A stretch of 64,000 nt of DNA from Candidatus Eiseniibacteriota bacterium (GTDB lineage: Bacteria; Eisenbacteria; RBG-16-71-46), in assembly GCA_963707915.1 (NCBI GenBank), contig OY970178.1, positions 3,424,001-3,488,000 on the forward strand, written 5' to 3'. The position numbers and the translations under genes were made by a program. The notes below the pieces were generated by a model that saw only the letters and a list, made by a program, of their open reading frames with translations, was not told the origin of the DNA and made no database searches. Below are positions 11,490 through 21,887 of the stretch, piece after piece. Positions within the stretch are counted from its first letter, which is position 1. Every line of letters starts with the position of its first letter.

Positions 11490-12896
11490 ATGACGTCCCG
11501 CCCGAGGTCCCTGCGCGGCCTGCCGGCCGTCGAGATGCTGCTGAGCCACCCCGCGCTGGCCGCGGCCGGGGCGGACGTCCCGCGCCTGCTCCTGGTGGAA
11601 TCCGTGCGGGCCGAGCTCGCCCGGGAGCGCGCGCGTCTCCGTTCGGGGCCGGTCGAGCCCGCGGCCGCCGACGTGCTCGCCGCGCGCGCCGTCCGCCGCG
11701 CCCGCGAGGCCTGCCGCCCGCTGCTGCGGCGCGTGCTGAACGCCACCGGCGTGGTCCTGCACACCAACCTGGGCCGCGCCCCCCTGGCCCCCGCCGCGCA
11801 AGCCGCCGTCGCCACCGTCGCCGGCGGCTACAGCTCGCTGGAATACGACCTCGCATCCGGGCGGCGCGGCGACCGCGGCGCCGGGATCGAACGCTGGCTC
11901 ACGCGCCTCACCGGGGCGGAGGCGGCGCTGGTCGTCAACAACGGGGCCGCGGCCGTGCTGCTGGCGCTCTCGGCGCTGGCGGCGGGCCGCAAGGTCCTGG
12001 TCTCGCGCGGGGAGCTGGTCGAGATTGGCGGCTCCTTCCGCATTCCCGAGATCCTCGAGCGGAGCGGCGCCACGCTGGTCGAGGTCGGGACCACCAACCG
12101 CACGCACCTGCGCGACTACGAGCGCGCGCTCGAGCGCGAGGCCGGCGTGGCCGTCGTGCTGCGCGTCCATCCGAGCAACTTCCGGGTCGAGGGCTTCACC
12201 GCCCGGCCCGCGCTCGCGGAGCTGGCCGCCCTGGCCCGCCGGCGCCGGGTGGCGCTGGTCGAGGACCTGGGCAGCGGGGCGCTCGTCGACCTGGCGGCCT
12301 TCGGGCTCGAGCACGAGCCGACGGCGGGGGAGAGCCTCGCGGCCGGCTGCGACGTGGTCACGTGCTCCGGGGACAAGCTGCTGGGCGGCTCGCAGGCCGG
12401 GCTCGTGCTGGGGAAGCGGAAGTGGCTCGCCCGGCTGAAGCAGGACCCGCTGGCCCGCGCGCTGCGGCTGGACAAGCTCGCGCTGGCCGCGCTCGAGGCC
12501 ACGCTGCCGCTCTACGCCGATCCCGCCGGCGCGGCCCGCATGGTGCCGGTGCTGGCGATGCTGCGGCAGGGGCCCGCGGAACTCGAGGCCCGCGCCCGCC
12601 GCCTCGCGGCCGCACTTTCGGCACGGATCCCGGGGCTGCGGACGTCGGTCGCCCGGGGCTGGGGCGAGGTGGGCGGAGGCGCGCTGCCGACCCAGCGGCT
12701 GCCCGGCTGGGTGGTCGAGGTCGAGCAGGAGGGGCGCGACCCGCGCGAACTCGAGGCGCGCGCGCGCGCCGCCGAGCCGCCCGTGATCGGCACGCTGCGC
12801 GCGGGCCGCTGGCGGCTCGATCCGCGCACCCTCACCGAGGCCGAGTCGGACGAGGTGGTCGAGGCGCTGGCGCGGGCATTCGCCCCCGGCACCTGA
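11490..12896 (+). CDS. selA: L-seryl-tRNA(Sec) selenium transferase
   Basis: NATGVVLHTNLGRAPL, SRGELVEIGGSFRIP, SGDKLLGG. Confidence 0.96.
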   Translation: MTSRPRSLRGLPAVEMLLSHPALAAAGADVPRLLLVESVRAELARERARLRSGPVEPAAADVLAARAVRRAREACRPLLRRVLNATGVVLHTNLGRAPLAPAAQAAVATVAGGYSSLEYDLASGRRGDRGAGIERWLTRLTGAEAALVVNNGAAAVLLALSALAAGRKVLVSRGELVEIGGSFRIPEILERSGATLVEVGTTNRTHLRDYERALEREAGVAVVLRVHPSNFRVEGFTARPALAELAALARRRRVALVEDLGSGALVDLAAFGLEHEPTAGESLAAGCDVVTCSGDKLLGGSQAGLVLGKRKWLARLKQDPLARALRLDKLALAALEATLPLYADPAGAARMVPVLAMLRQGPAELEARARRLAAALSARIPGLRTSVARGWGEVGGGALPTQRLPGWVVEVEQEGRDPRELEARARAAEPPVIGTLRAGRWRLDPRTLTEAESDEVVEALARAFAPGT

Positions 12897-12997
12897 GCCG
12901 CCGCGGCCGGGGCGCGTTCCCGCTCCGGGCCCCGCGGCCGCGCCGGCGGCGGGCGACCTCGTGCCCGCGGACGCCCGGGATCCGCCGCGGGAATCTG

Positions 12998-13026
12998 TTG
13001 ACCCCCGCGCCGCGCCCCCGTAATCT
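12998..13026 (+). promoter_or_regulatory. Putative sigma70 promoter for smc-ftsY
   Basis: TTGACC-N17-TAATCT. Confidence 0.6.
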
Positions 13027-13172
13027 CCGTCGCTGCGGGTCGCCGGCCCAGCCCGGCGCCCCCTGAGACAGCGCTCACGCAGCCTGCTTCCCACCGAAGT
13101 CTCGGACACGTTCGCACTCGGTCCCGCCCCGGCCGCCTGCCCCCGGGGGGGCCGAGCGAGAGGGGAACAAGG

Positions 13173-16100
13173 ATGTTTCTGCACCGGCTCGAGATCCAGG
13201 GTTTCAAGTCGTTCGTCGACAAGACCGAGTTGCTGTTCGGCGAGGGCATGACCGGCGTCATCGGGCCCAACGGCTGCGGCAAGACCAACGTCTCGGACGC
13301 CATCCGCTGGGTGATGGGCGAGCAGAGCGCCAAGCAGCTGCGCGGCGACTCGATGGAAGACGTGATCTTCAACGGCTGCCCGTCGCGCAAGCCGCTCGGC
13401 ATGGCCGAGGTGCACCTCACCTTCAAGAACGACCGGGGCATCCTGCCGGTCGAGTTCTCCGAGGTCACGGTCTCCCGGCGCGTGTTCCGCTCGGGCGTGA
13501 GCGAGTACTCCCTCAACAAGGCCCCGTGCCGGCTCAAGGACATCCGCGACCTGTTCTCCGACACCGGCATGGGCAGCCACGCCTACTCGGTGATCGAGCG
13601 CGCCATGGTGGACCACGTGCTGTCGGACAGTTCGGGGCATCGCCGCTTCCTGTTCGAGGAGGCCTCCGGCATCACCAAGTACAAGGCGCGCAAGAAGGAG
13701 GCGCTCAACAAGCTCGACGCCACCGAGACCGACCTGGTGCGGCTCAACGACATCGTCTTCGAGCTCGAGCGCGAGCTGCGCTCGCTCGCCCGCCAGGTGG
13801 GCAAGGCCCGGCGCTTCCAGCGCTGGCGCGACGAGATCCGCGACCTCGACCTGACGCTCACCGCGGGCCACGTCGAGGCCCTGAAGCGGAAGGAGGCCGA
13901 GGCGAAGGAGCAGTGGGAGGAGGAGTCGGTGAGGCGCGTGGGCGTGACCACCGCCCTCGACGGGCTCGAGGCCACGCTCAACGACCGCAAGCTCGTCCTG
14001 CTCGAGCTCGAGCGCGAGCTCTCGACCTCGCAGGGCGGCCTGCGCGACCGCGAGGAGGCGCGCACGCAGGCCGAGCACCAGGTCGTGCTGTTGCGCGAGC
14101 GGGGGTCGGGGCTGCGCGGCCGGGCCGACGAGGCGGTGACCGAGGCGCGCGCCCTGCGCGAGCGGCTCGACGAGGTGATCGCCCGCGAGGCCGAGGCCGC
14201 CGCGCACCTGGCGGCCCTGCGCACCGAGCGCGACGCGGCGCAGGCGGCGGTCGAGTCCAGCCGGCAGGCGCTGGGTGCGGTCGAGACCGAGCTGCGCGAG
14301 CGGCGCGAGGTCGCCAGCCAGCGCAAGCAGTTGTCGCTCGACCTGTTCTCCACCGAGGCCGACAAGCGCGGCACGCTCGAGAACCTGCGCGCCCGGCGGC
14401 TGTCGCTCACCGAGCGGCGGGACGCGGCGGCGGCGCGGTGCGACGAGCTCGAGGCGCGGGTGGCCGAGTTGGCCCGGCTGGCGGCCGAGCGCAGCGCCAC
14501 GCGCACCGGGCTCGAGGCCGAGCGGGAGGCGGCGCGCACCGCGCTGGCGGCGGTGGACGAGCAGATCCGCGCGGTCGCGGCCGGCCTCGAGGAGGCCGGG
14601 GCCCGGCTGGCGGACCTGCGACAGCAGTCGGCCGCGGCCGAGTCGCGGCTCGAGACGCTGCTGGACCTCAAGCGGAACTTCGACGGCGTCTCGGAGGGTG
14701 TGAAGGCCCTGCTGACCGGGGACCGCCGCTCGGCCGGCACGCTGGGCATGATCTCCGACGTGCTCGAGGTGCCGGCGCGCTACCTCGACGCGCTCGAGGC
14801 CTCGCTGGGCGAAGCGGCCGCCTTCGTGCTGGTCGCCGACCACGCCGCGCTCGACGCGGCGCTCGGTCACCTGCGCGGGCTGGAGAGCGGGCGGGCCACG
14901 CTGGTGGACCTGGCGGGCATCAGCCCCGGGACGCTGCACGACGTGCCGGTGGGTGAGGGCGTGGTGGGCCGGGCCTCGGACCTGGTGCGCTGCGAGGAGC
15001 GCTTCCGCGCGCTGGTCGAGCGCCTGCTCGGCGCGGTCGTGGTGGTCGAGGACCGCGCCAGCGCGGCGCGGCTGGCCGGGCATTCCGAGGCGGGGCTGCG
15101 CTTCGTGAGCCTGGACGGCGAGGTCTGGGAACGCGGGCGGGTGCGTGCCGGGTCGGCGCGCAACCTGAGCGGGCTGCTGCACCGCGAGAACGAGATCCGC
15201 GAGCTGACCGGCGAGCTGGCCGAGCGCCGGCTCGCGCTCGAGGCGCTGGAGCACGAGCGCGGCGCGCTGGAGGCGGGCCGCCAGGAGACGCTGGTCCGGC
15301 GCGAGGCGGCGGCGGCCGCGCTCGAGCAGGCCCGCACGGCGCTCGAGGCGCTGGAGCGCGAGCTCGAGGCCGGCGAGCGGGAGAGCCGCTGGGCCGGCGG
15401 CGAGGCCGGCGAGCGCCGCCGCGAGATCGAGCTGCACGAGGCCGAGCGGGACACGCTCGAGCGGGCCCTGGCCGAGGCCGAGGCCGACCTGGCCGACTAC
15501 CAGCTGCAGGTCGAGAGCGCGCGGGCGCAGCTCGCGGACCTCGACGGGACGCTGCGCGGGCTCGAGACCCGCCGCGAGGAGGCGGCCTCCGCCGCGCGCG
15601 CCGCGGGGGAGCGGCTGCTGCAGCTGGCGCGCGACCAGGGGGAGTGGGAGAGCCAGTGGGCACGCGCCGAGCAGACCCGGCGCGAGCTGGAGGCCGGCAT
15701 CGAGGCGCGCGAGCGCGAGGACCGCGAGGCGCGCGCGAAGGTGGCCGAGATCGAGGCCGAGGTCGCCGGGCTGGCGGCCGGGCTGACCGGGCTGCTGGAG
15801 TCGGAGTCCACCCAGCGCGAGCGCGTGGTCGAGCTGCAGAAGCGCTTCGCGGCCCGGAAGCAGGAGGTGCAGGCCGGCGAGGAGGATGCCCGCCAGCTGC
15901 GCTTCCAGCAGGCCGAGCTGAGCGAACTGATGCACCAGGTCGAGCTGGACCGGGTGCAGACCCACGCCGAGCTGGAGCGCACCTTCGAGCGCCTGCACAC
16001 CGAGTACGACCTGGAGGTGGCCGCCTGGGAGCCGGCGCCGCCGCCCGAGGGCTTCGATGCCGACGACGGCCGCCGCCGGCTCGAGGAGATGCGCGCGCGC

Positions 16101-16760
16101 TACCGCGCGCTCGGCCCGGTCAACCTGCTGGCGGTGGACGAGTACGCGAAGAAGAAGGAGCGCTGGCAGTTCCTCACGCAGCAGCGTGCCGACCTGACCA
16201 GCGCGAAGGCCCAGCTGCTCGAGGCCATCGAGAAGATCAACGTCACCGCGAGCGAGATGTTCCGCGAGACCTTCGCGAAGGTGCAGGGCCACTTCCGCGA
16301 CGTCTTCGGCACGCTGTTCGACGGCGGCGATTCGGAGCTGCGCATGGTGGGCGACGATCCGCTCGAGTGCGAGATCGAGATCGTGGCCAAGCCGCGCGGC
16401 AAGCACCTGCAGAGCATCAGCCTGATGTCGGGGGGCGAGCGCGCGCTCACCGCGATCGCCCTGTTGTTCGCGCTCTACCTGGTGAAGCCCTCGCCCTTCT
16501 GCCTGCTGGACGAGGTGGACGCGCCGCTCGACGACGCCAACGTGGACCGCTTCATCAAGATGCTTCAGCGCTTCAGCGACAAGACGCAGTTCGTGGTCAT
16601 CACGCACAACAAGCGGACCATGGAGTCCGCGCGCTGCCTCTACGGCGTGACCATGGAGGAGCTGGGCGTCTCGAAGCTCGTCTCCGTGCGTTTCGACGGC
16701 CAGCCCCGCAGCGGGGACCGGAACGGCAACGAGCTGGCGGGCGTGGCCGCGGAGAAGTGA
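13173..16760 (+). CDS. smc: Chromosome segregation protein SMC
   Basis: GFKSF, GPNGCGKTN, coiled coils, hinge, MSGGE, LLDEVDAPLD. Confidence 0.98.
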   Translation: MFLHRLEIQGFKSFVDKTELLFGEGMTGVIGPNGCGKTNVSDAIRWVMGEQSAKQLRGDSMEDVIFNGCPSRKPLGMAEVHLTFKNDRGILPVEFSEVTVSRRVFRSGVSEYSLNKAPCRLKDIRDLFSDTGMGSHAYSVIERAMVDHVLSDSSGHRRFLFEEASGITKYKARKKEALNKLDATETDLVRLNDIVFELERELRSLARQVGKARRFQRWRDEIRDLDLTLTAGHVEALKRKEAEAKEQWEEESVRRVGVTTALDGLEATLNDRKLVLLELERELSTSQGGLRDREEARTQAEHQVVLLRERGSGLRGRADEAVTEARALRERLDEVIAREAEAAAHLAALRTERDAAQAAVESSRQALGAVETELRERREVASQRKQLSLDLFSTEADKRGTLENLRARRLSLTERRDAAAARCDELEARVAELARLAAERSATRTGLEAEREAARTALAAVDEQIRAVAAGLEEAGARLADLRQQSAAAESRLETLLDLKRNFDGVSEGVKALLTGDRRSAGTLGMISDVLEVPARYLDALEASLGEAAAFVLVADHAALDAALGHLRGLESGRATLVDLAGISPGTLHDVPVGEGVVGRASDLVRCEERFRALVERLLGAVVVVEDRASAARLAGHSEAGLRFVSLDGEVWERGRVRAGSARNLSGLLHRENEIRELTGELAERRLALEALEHERGALEAGRQETLVRREAAAAALEQARTALEALERELEAGERESRWAGGEAGERRREIELHEAERDTLERALAEAEADLADYQLQVESARAQLADLDGTLRGLETRREEAASAARAAGERLLQLARDQGEWESQWARAEQTRRELEAGIEAREREDREARAKVAEIEAEVAGLAAGLTGLLESESTQRERVVELQKRFAARKQEVQAGEEDARQLRFQQAELSELMHQVELDRVQTHAELERTFERLHTEYDLEVAAWEPAPPPEGFDADDGRRRLEEMRARYRALGPVNLLAVDEYAKKKERWQFLTQQRADLTSAKAQLLEAIEKINVTASEMFRETFAKVQGHFRDVFGTLFDGGDSELRMVGDDPLECEIEIVAKPRGKHLQSISLMSGGERALTAIALLFALYLVKPSPFCLLDEVDAPLDDANVDRFIKMLQRFSDKTQFVVITHNKRTMESARCLYGVTMEELGVSKLVSVRFDGQPRSGDRNGNELAGVAAEK

Positions 16761-16797
16761 GCGCGCCGCCGCGGCCGGCCGTGCGGCGCCCGACGCC

Positions 16798-17709
16798 ATG
16801 AGCCTGTTCTCGCGATTCCGCGCCGGGCTCGCGCGCACGCGCGAACGCCTGGTCGAGCAGGTGGGCGGGCTGCTCCAGCGCCGCGGCGCCGTGGACGCGG
16901 CCGCCCTGGCGAGCCTCGAGGAGGCCCTGCTCGCCGCCGACGTCGGCCCGGCGACCACCGAGCGGCTGATCGCCCGCGCCCAGGAAGCGCTCCAGCGCTC
17001 GCCCGAGCTCGACCTGCGGGGCGCCCTCGAGCAGGCGGCGGCGGCGCTGCTCGGGGCCGGCGCGGCCCCCGGCGCGCGTTTCGAGCCCGCGGGCGGCAGG
17101 CCCTGGGTGGCGCTGCTGGTCGGCGTGAACGGGGTGGGCAAGACCACGCTCGCCGGCAAGCTCGCCGCCCGCTTCGCGCGCGAGTCGCGCCCGACCCTGC
17201 TGGTGGCGGCCGACACCTTCCGCGCTGCGGCCACCGAGCAGCTCGAGGTCTGGGCCGGGCGGGCGGGCGTCGAGCTGGTGCGGGCACGCTCCGGCTCGGA
17301 CCCGGCGGCGGTGGTGCACGACGCCCTGAGCGCGGCCGTGTCGCGGGGCACGGAGGTCGTGCTGGTGGACACCGCGGGCCGGCTGCACACCAAGCACAAC
17401 CTGATGAACGAGCTGGAGAAGATCGGGCGCGTCTGCGCGCGCGTCGTCCCCGGCGCGCCGCACCACGTCCTGCTGGTGCTCGACGCCACGCTGGGCCAGA
17501 ACGGCCTGCAGCAGGCGCGCGAGTTCCAGCGCGCGCTGCCGATAACCAGCCTGGCGCTCACCAAGCTCGATGGGACCGCCCGCGGCGGCGCCGTGCTCGC
17601 CATCGTGGACCAGTTGGGGCTCCCGGTCAGCGTGGTCGGGATCGGCGAGGGGCTGGACGACTGGGAGCCGTTCGACCCCGCGGCCTTCGCCCGCGGCCTG
17701 TTCGAGTAA
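16798..17709 (+). CDS. ftsY: SRP receptor FtsY
   Basis: GVNGVGKTT, DTFRAAA, DTAGRL, TKLDGTARGG. Confidence 0.97.
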   Translation: MSLFSRFRAGLARTRERLVEQVGGLLQRRGAVDAAALASLEEALLAADVGPATTERLIARAQEALQRSPELDLRGALEQAAAALLGAGAAPGARFEPAGGRPWVALLVGVNGVGKTTLAGKLAARFARESRPTLLVAADTFRAAATEQLEVWAGRAGVELVRARSGSDPAAVVHDALSAAVSRGTEVVLVDTAGRLHTKHNLMNELEKIGRVCARVVPGAPHHVLLVLDATLGQNGLQQAREFQRALPITSLALTKLDGTARGGAVLAIVDQLGLPVSVVGIGEGLDDWEPFDPAAFARGLFE

Positions 17710-17730
17710 CCCGTCTCCGGAGGGACCCGG

Positions 17731-19218
17731 ATGCCGATCACCAGCGAACAGCTCACGCCGCTGCAGCGGCGCCTGGTGCCGAGCCTCACCGACGTGCTGT
17801 TCGCGGGGCTCGCCGCCGGGCAGTTCCACCGCGCCATGTTCGCCGACGGTGACTCGGGCTGGCACCTCTGGGCGGGCTTCGACGTGCTGGTCCACGGTCC
17901 GCGGGCCATCCCCGACACGCTCTCGTTCACCCGTGCGGGCGTGCCCTGGCGGAACATCGAGTGGCTGGCCGACGCGATCATCGCGCTGTGCTACCGGCAC
18001 GCCGGGTACTTCGGCGTGACCGTGCTCATGGGCCTGGTGTTCGCGGTGGTCTGCACCTGGCTGTACCGCATCCTGCTGCGCGAGACCGGTCACGTGCCGG
18101 CCTCGGCGCTGACCATGGGCCTGGCCGGGGTCGTGTTGCTCCTGCAGTTGCTGGCGCGGCCGCTGGTGTTCTCGTTCCTGCTGGTGCTGGCCGCCTGGGA
18201 ACTGGTGCGGGTGGCGGGGCGCGAGCGGCTCGCCCTGTGGCTGCTCCCGCCGCTCACCGTGCTGTGGGCCAACCTGCACCCCACCGCCTTCCTGGCGCCG
18301 GCGCTCGCCGGCTTCGGCTGGCTCACCCGGGGCCGGGACCGCCGGCTCGCGCTCGCCGCGCTGCTCTCGCTGGCCGCGCTCGGCGCCACGCCGTGGGGAT
18401 TCGGCTGGCTGCGCGATATCGCCCCGGCCGGGGAGAACCTCGCGCTGCTGGGTCGCATCGACGAGTGGCAGACCCCGCGATTCAGCGACCCGCGCTTCGC
18501 CTTCGTGCTGGCCTACCTGCTGCTGGCGGTGGGAGCGCGGCGCTGGGGCCCGCGGCTGGCGTGGAGCGAGGCGCTGATGGGCATGGCCTGCCTGGCCGGG
18601 ACGCTGTTCGCGGCGCGACTCGGGCCCATCGCGGCGATCCTCTGGGCGCCCTTCCTCGCGCGCGACCTGGCCTGCTGGTCGCGCGAACGCGGTGGCTGGG
18701 TCTTCGGGCGGCTGTGGCGTGCCGCGCAGGACACGCTGGCGCCCTTCGAGCGGGTCTTCCGGCCGGGGCTCTGGCCCGCACTGGTCTGCGTGCTCGCCCT
18801 GGTCCTGGCGCCGCGCCTGTCGCGCGTCTTTCCCGAGGGTGCGGGCGACTTCCGCGTGGATTCGTTCCCGCACCGGGCCCTGGCCGCGGCCGACCGCCTC
18901 GGGCTCGGGCCGCGCGTGTTCAATAGCTACGCCTGGGGCGGCTTCGTCTCGTGGACCCGCGTCGGGCGCTACCGGGTCTTTATCGACGGCCGCGCCTGCT
19001 TCTTCGGCAGCGGTACGCTGGCCGACTACTTCGCGGTCCTCGAACTGCGCCCGGGCTGGCAGGAGGCGATTGCGCGGGCGCGGGCGGACTGGATCCTGGT
19101 GCCGAAGGAGGCGCCGCTGGTGGAAGCGGCCCCGCTCACCGGTCGCTGGCGCGTGGCCTACCGGGACTCCATGGCCGCGATCCTCACGCCGGTCGCTCTG
19201 CCCGCTCCCGCGCGCTGA
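17731..19218 (+). CDS. Polytopic membrane protein, possibly a GT-C-fold glycosyltransferase
   Basis: DGDSGWHLWAG, EWL, LWANLH, FNSYAWGGF, VFIDGR motifs; many TM helices. Confidence 0.6.
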   Translation: MPITSEQLTPLQRRLVPSLTDVLFAGLAAGQFHRAMFADGDSGWHLWAGFDVLVHGPRAIPDTLSFTRAGVPWRNIEWLADAIIALCYRHAGYFGVTVLMGLVFAVVCTWLYRILLRETGHVPASALTMGLAGVVLLLQLLARPLVFSFLLVLAAWELVRVAGRERLALWLLPPLTVLWANLHPTAFLAPALAGFGWLTRGRDRRLALAALLSLAALGATPWGFGWLRDIAPAGENLALLGRIDEWQTPRFSDPRFAFVLAYLLLAVGARRWGPRLAWSEALMGMACLAGTLFAARLGPIAAILWAPFLARDLACWSRERGGWVFGRLWRAAQDTLAPFERVFRPGLWPALVCVLALVLAPRLSRVFPEGAGDFRVDSFPHRALAAADRLGLGPRVFNSYAWGGFVSWTRVGRYRVFIDGRACFFGSGTLADYFAVLELRPGWQEAIARARADWILVPKEAPLVEAAPLTGRWRVAYRDSMAAILTPVALPAPAR

Positions 19219-19239
19219 GGCGCGGGAGCGGGCCGGGGC

Positions 19240-20148
19240 TCAGCGGGTCGGACGGCCGGGCTTCGCCGCGGGGGCCTTCGGCCCGGGCGCCGGGGCGGCG
19301 CGCTGGGCGGCGAGGGAGCGGCGGAACTCCTTGGGGACGAGCGTGGCCTCGACGCCCCCGGTCCCGTAGTCCCCCAGCTCCATCACCGTGCTCGTACGGT
19401 CGATGAGCCGCAGCGGGCTCGATGCCTGGGAGTGGCCGGTGAGCCAGGTGCGGCTCGAGTTCGAGAACTCGATCTCCTCGCGCGCCTTGCCCGTGACCGG
19501 CACCTGCGGGGTCTGCCAGGACACGCGCACGTCGCGGGTCTCGGTGTAGCGGGAGCTGTCGGCGCTCTGCGAAGTGGTCGTGGTGCCCTTCTCGTTGCGC
19601 ACCTTGAGGCAGAACAGGGCGCCCCGGGCGAACTGGAGCGTATCGACCCCGAGCGTGTCCACCAGCGTGGTGAGGCCCGGCTTGGCCGGCGTGCGGGTCT
19701 TGATCGCTCCCCGCCCGCGCCGCATCGTCTGTTGCAGCGGCTGGCCGTTCTCGTCGAGCTCCGCGATCCGCTTGCGCTGGTAGAGCAGGATGTTCTTCAG
19801 CGGCAGGCTGTCCTCGAAGATGGACATCGACATCAGGGTGGCGGCGGACGTCGTGGCCCCCTTGGGCCACTGCGTCGTGGTCTCGACCCAGAAGCACTCC
19901 TCGCCCCACCACTCCTCTTCTCCCGCGATCATCACGGTCGCGGTGTAGTCGTCGGTGACAACTCCGTCCCGGCGTGCGACCACGTGGTACCTGGCCCACG
20001 ATCCGACCTGGAGGACGGACCGGCCGTGGGCGTAGTCCACCTCGCCGATGGCGTCGAACAACTGGCCGCTCTGCGCGGCCGCCGATCGCGCGGTGAGGGC
20101 GAGGAGCGCTGCGGCGAGGAAGCCGACCAGAACGCGGGAACGACTCAT
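19240..20148 (-). CDS. Secreted hypothetical protein
   Basis: Signal peptide ending AAA-Q; beta-rich Thr/Val mature part; host-like codons. Confidence 0.75.
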   Translation of the reverse strand: MSRSRVLVGFLAAALLALTARSAAAQSGQLFDAIGEVDYAHGRSVLQVGSWARYHVVARRDGVVTDDYTATVMIAGEEEWWGEECFWVETTTQWPKGATTSAATLMSMSIFEDSLPLKNILLYQRKRIAELDENGQPLQQTMRRGRGAIKTRTPAKPGLTTLVDTLGVDTLQFARGALFCLKVRNEKGTTTTSQSADSSRYTETRDVRVSWQTPQVPVTGKAREEIEFSNSSRTWLTGHSQASSPLRLIDRTSTVMELGDYGTGGVEATLVPKEFRRSLAAQRAAPAPGPKAPAAKPGRPTR

Positions 20149-20280
20149 GCAATGGGTCTCCGGTGACGGGTGATCCGGCGCCCGCGGCCCCGCCCGGTTT
20201 CACCCGGCGTCCCCGCAGGCAAGATGGCCCCCATTATCCACGACCCGGCCCGGCCGCCCAAGCGGGCCGCCAGGAGACCG

Positions 20281-20985
20281 ATGTCCGCGAGCCAGCCCGC
20301 GCCGCACGCGCCCGACGAGCCCGGACGGCCCCTGCGGCCCCCGCGGGGCCTGCGGCCCCGGGAGAAGCTGCGCGCCCGCGGGCCGTCCGCGCTGGCCGAC
20401 GCCGAGCTGCTCGCGCTGGTGCTGGGATCGGGCACGGCCGGACGCAGCGCGCTGCGCATCGGGCGTCACCTGGCCCGCCGCAGCCCGCAGGAGCTGGGCG
20501 CCTGGTCGAGCGCGCGCTGGCTGCTCGTGCCCGGCGTCGGTCCCGCGCACGCGGCCGCGCTGGCGGCGGCCTTCGAGCTGGGACGCCGGGCGGCCGAGGG
20601 AGCGCCCGGCGGCGCGGCGATCCGCGGCCCCGAGGACGTGCTCGCCCAGGTGCGCGACCTGCCGCGCGCGCGCAAGGAGCACTTCGTCGTGTTGCTGCTC
20701 AACGCGCGCCACGAGATGCAGTGCCGCGAGGTGGTCTCGATCGGCAGCCTCAACGCGTCCATCGTGCACCCCCGCGAAGTGTTCCAGCCCGCCATCCTGC
20801 ACTCGGCCGCCGCCGTGGTGCTGGTGCACAACCATCCCAGCGGCGACCCGGAGCCCAGCGAGGAGGACCTGAGCATCACCCGGCGGCTGGTGCAGGTGGG
20901 GGAGGTGGTCGGCATCGCGGTGCTCGACCACGTCATCGTGGCGATGCGCGGCCTGGTGAGCCTGCGCGCCCGGCAACTGCTCTGA
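20281..20985 (+). CDS. radC: RadC (JAB/MPN) family protein
   Basis: PREKL, ELLALVLGSG, VHPREVF, HNHPSGDPEPS..D, LDHVIV. Confidence 0.95.
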   Translation: MSASQPAPHAPDEPGRPLRPPRGLRPREKLRARGPSALADAELLALVLGSGTAGRSALRIGRHLARRSPQELGAWSSARWLLVPGVGPAHAAALAAAFELGRRAAEGAPGGAAIRGPEDVLAQVRDLPRARKEHFVVLLLNARHEMQCREVVSIGSLNASIVHPREVFQPAILHSAAAVVLVHNHPSGDPEPSEEDLSITRRLVQVGEVVGIAVLDHVIVAMRGLVSLRARQLL

Positions 20986-21129
20986 AGCCGGCTCCACGCG
21001 GCCGTCTCCTCGCGCCGCGGCCCGCGGCGTCCCGGACGACCGGTGGCGCCGTCGCTCGTGCCGTGTCGCGTGTTCGCGGGACGCCGGGCGCCGCTTGCCG
21101 GGGCGCCTGCGACGGGCCATGCTCCGGGC

Positions 21130-21549
21130 ATGGCAGAAGGCCACGGCACGTTCGACCACACCGGCGACCTGGGTCTCGAGGTCCGGGCCCCGAGCGCCGC
21201 GCGGCTCTTCGCCCTGGCGGCCGAGGCCCTGATGGCGCTGGTCGCGGACGCGCGCGGGGCCCCGCCCGACCTGGAGCGGGCCGTGCGCATCACCGGGGAC
21301 GACCCCGAGGACCTGCTGGTGCACTGGCTCAACACCGTGCTGCTGGAGTCCGAACTGGCGAAGGTGGTATGGACCAGCGCGGAGGTGCGCGTGCTGACGC
21401 CGACCGCGCTCGAGGCGACACTGCGCGGCTCGCGATTCGACCCCGCGCGCCAGACCTTCCTGCGCGAGGTCAAGGCCGTCTCCCTGCACGCGCTCGAGCT
21501 GGACCTGCACGAGCCGGACTGCCGCTGTCGCCTGGTGCTCGACCTCTGA
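21130..21549 (+). CDS. Archease
   Basis: FDHTGDLG...EVKAVSLH...LVLDL. Confidence 0.9.
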   Translation: MAEGHGTFDHTGDLGLEVRAPSAARLFALAAEALMALVADARGAPPDLERAVRITGDDPEDLLVHWLNTVLLESELAKVVWTSAEVRVLTPTALEATLRGSRFDPARQTFLREVKAVSLHALELDLHEPDCRCRLVLDL

Positions 21550-21736
21550 GCGCGCTCCATCGTGGCCCCCAATTCGGCAACGGGCGCGGCGTCGGTCTGG
21601 GCGGCCCCGCACCCTGGCGCGAATCGTCGGCGTTTTCGAAGACGGCTCTGGAGTCTGAGACCAGGCATGCCAGCCTTTCCGAGGGATGTGGCCACCTGTC
21701 CGACATCGGCGAGGACGTGCGGTTTGGCCTTGCGTC

Positions 21737-21748
21737 GGGGGGGGGGGG
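21737..21748. repeat. G12 homopolymer upstream of the large secreted gene
   Basis: ttgcgtc-G12-tatgtgctact. Confidence 0.85.
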
Positions 21749-21887
21749 TATGTGCTACTCGTCCAGAGGTCCTTGATCGCGAGCACGGAGAAGCACGTAC
21801 GTCGCGGGGCGGCTGATTCGGCCGCCGTAGCACGTGGGCCGTCTTCGATGCTCGACAGGTCAGGGACCTTCCTCGGAGGCCGCGCAC

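Noticed and set aside
12897..13172. tRNA-Sec next to selA
   Set aside because: No cloverleaf, T-loop or UCA anticodon arm found; the region looks like a promoter and 5' UTR.
10944..17981. 2345-aa minus-strand ORF and many other long antisense or alternative-frame ORFs
   Set aside because: Shadow ORFs of GC-rich genes (selA, smc, ftsY etc.) with no recognisable domains.
20281..20985. radC as a disrupted integration site or mobile-element gene
   Set aside because: Intact, full-length chromosomal type with host-like codons.
21550..21720. A third comM remnant or att site bounding the first cassette (gcaacgg near 21577)
   Set aside because: Only a 7-bp match, with no inverted partner or comM homology.
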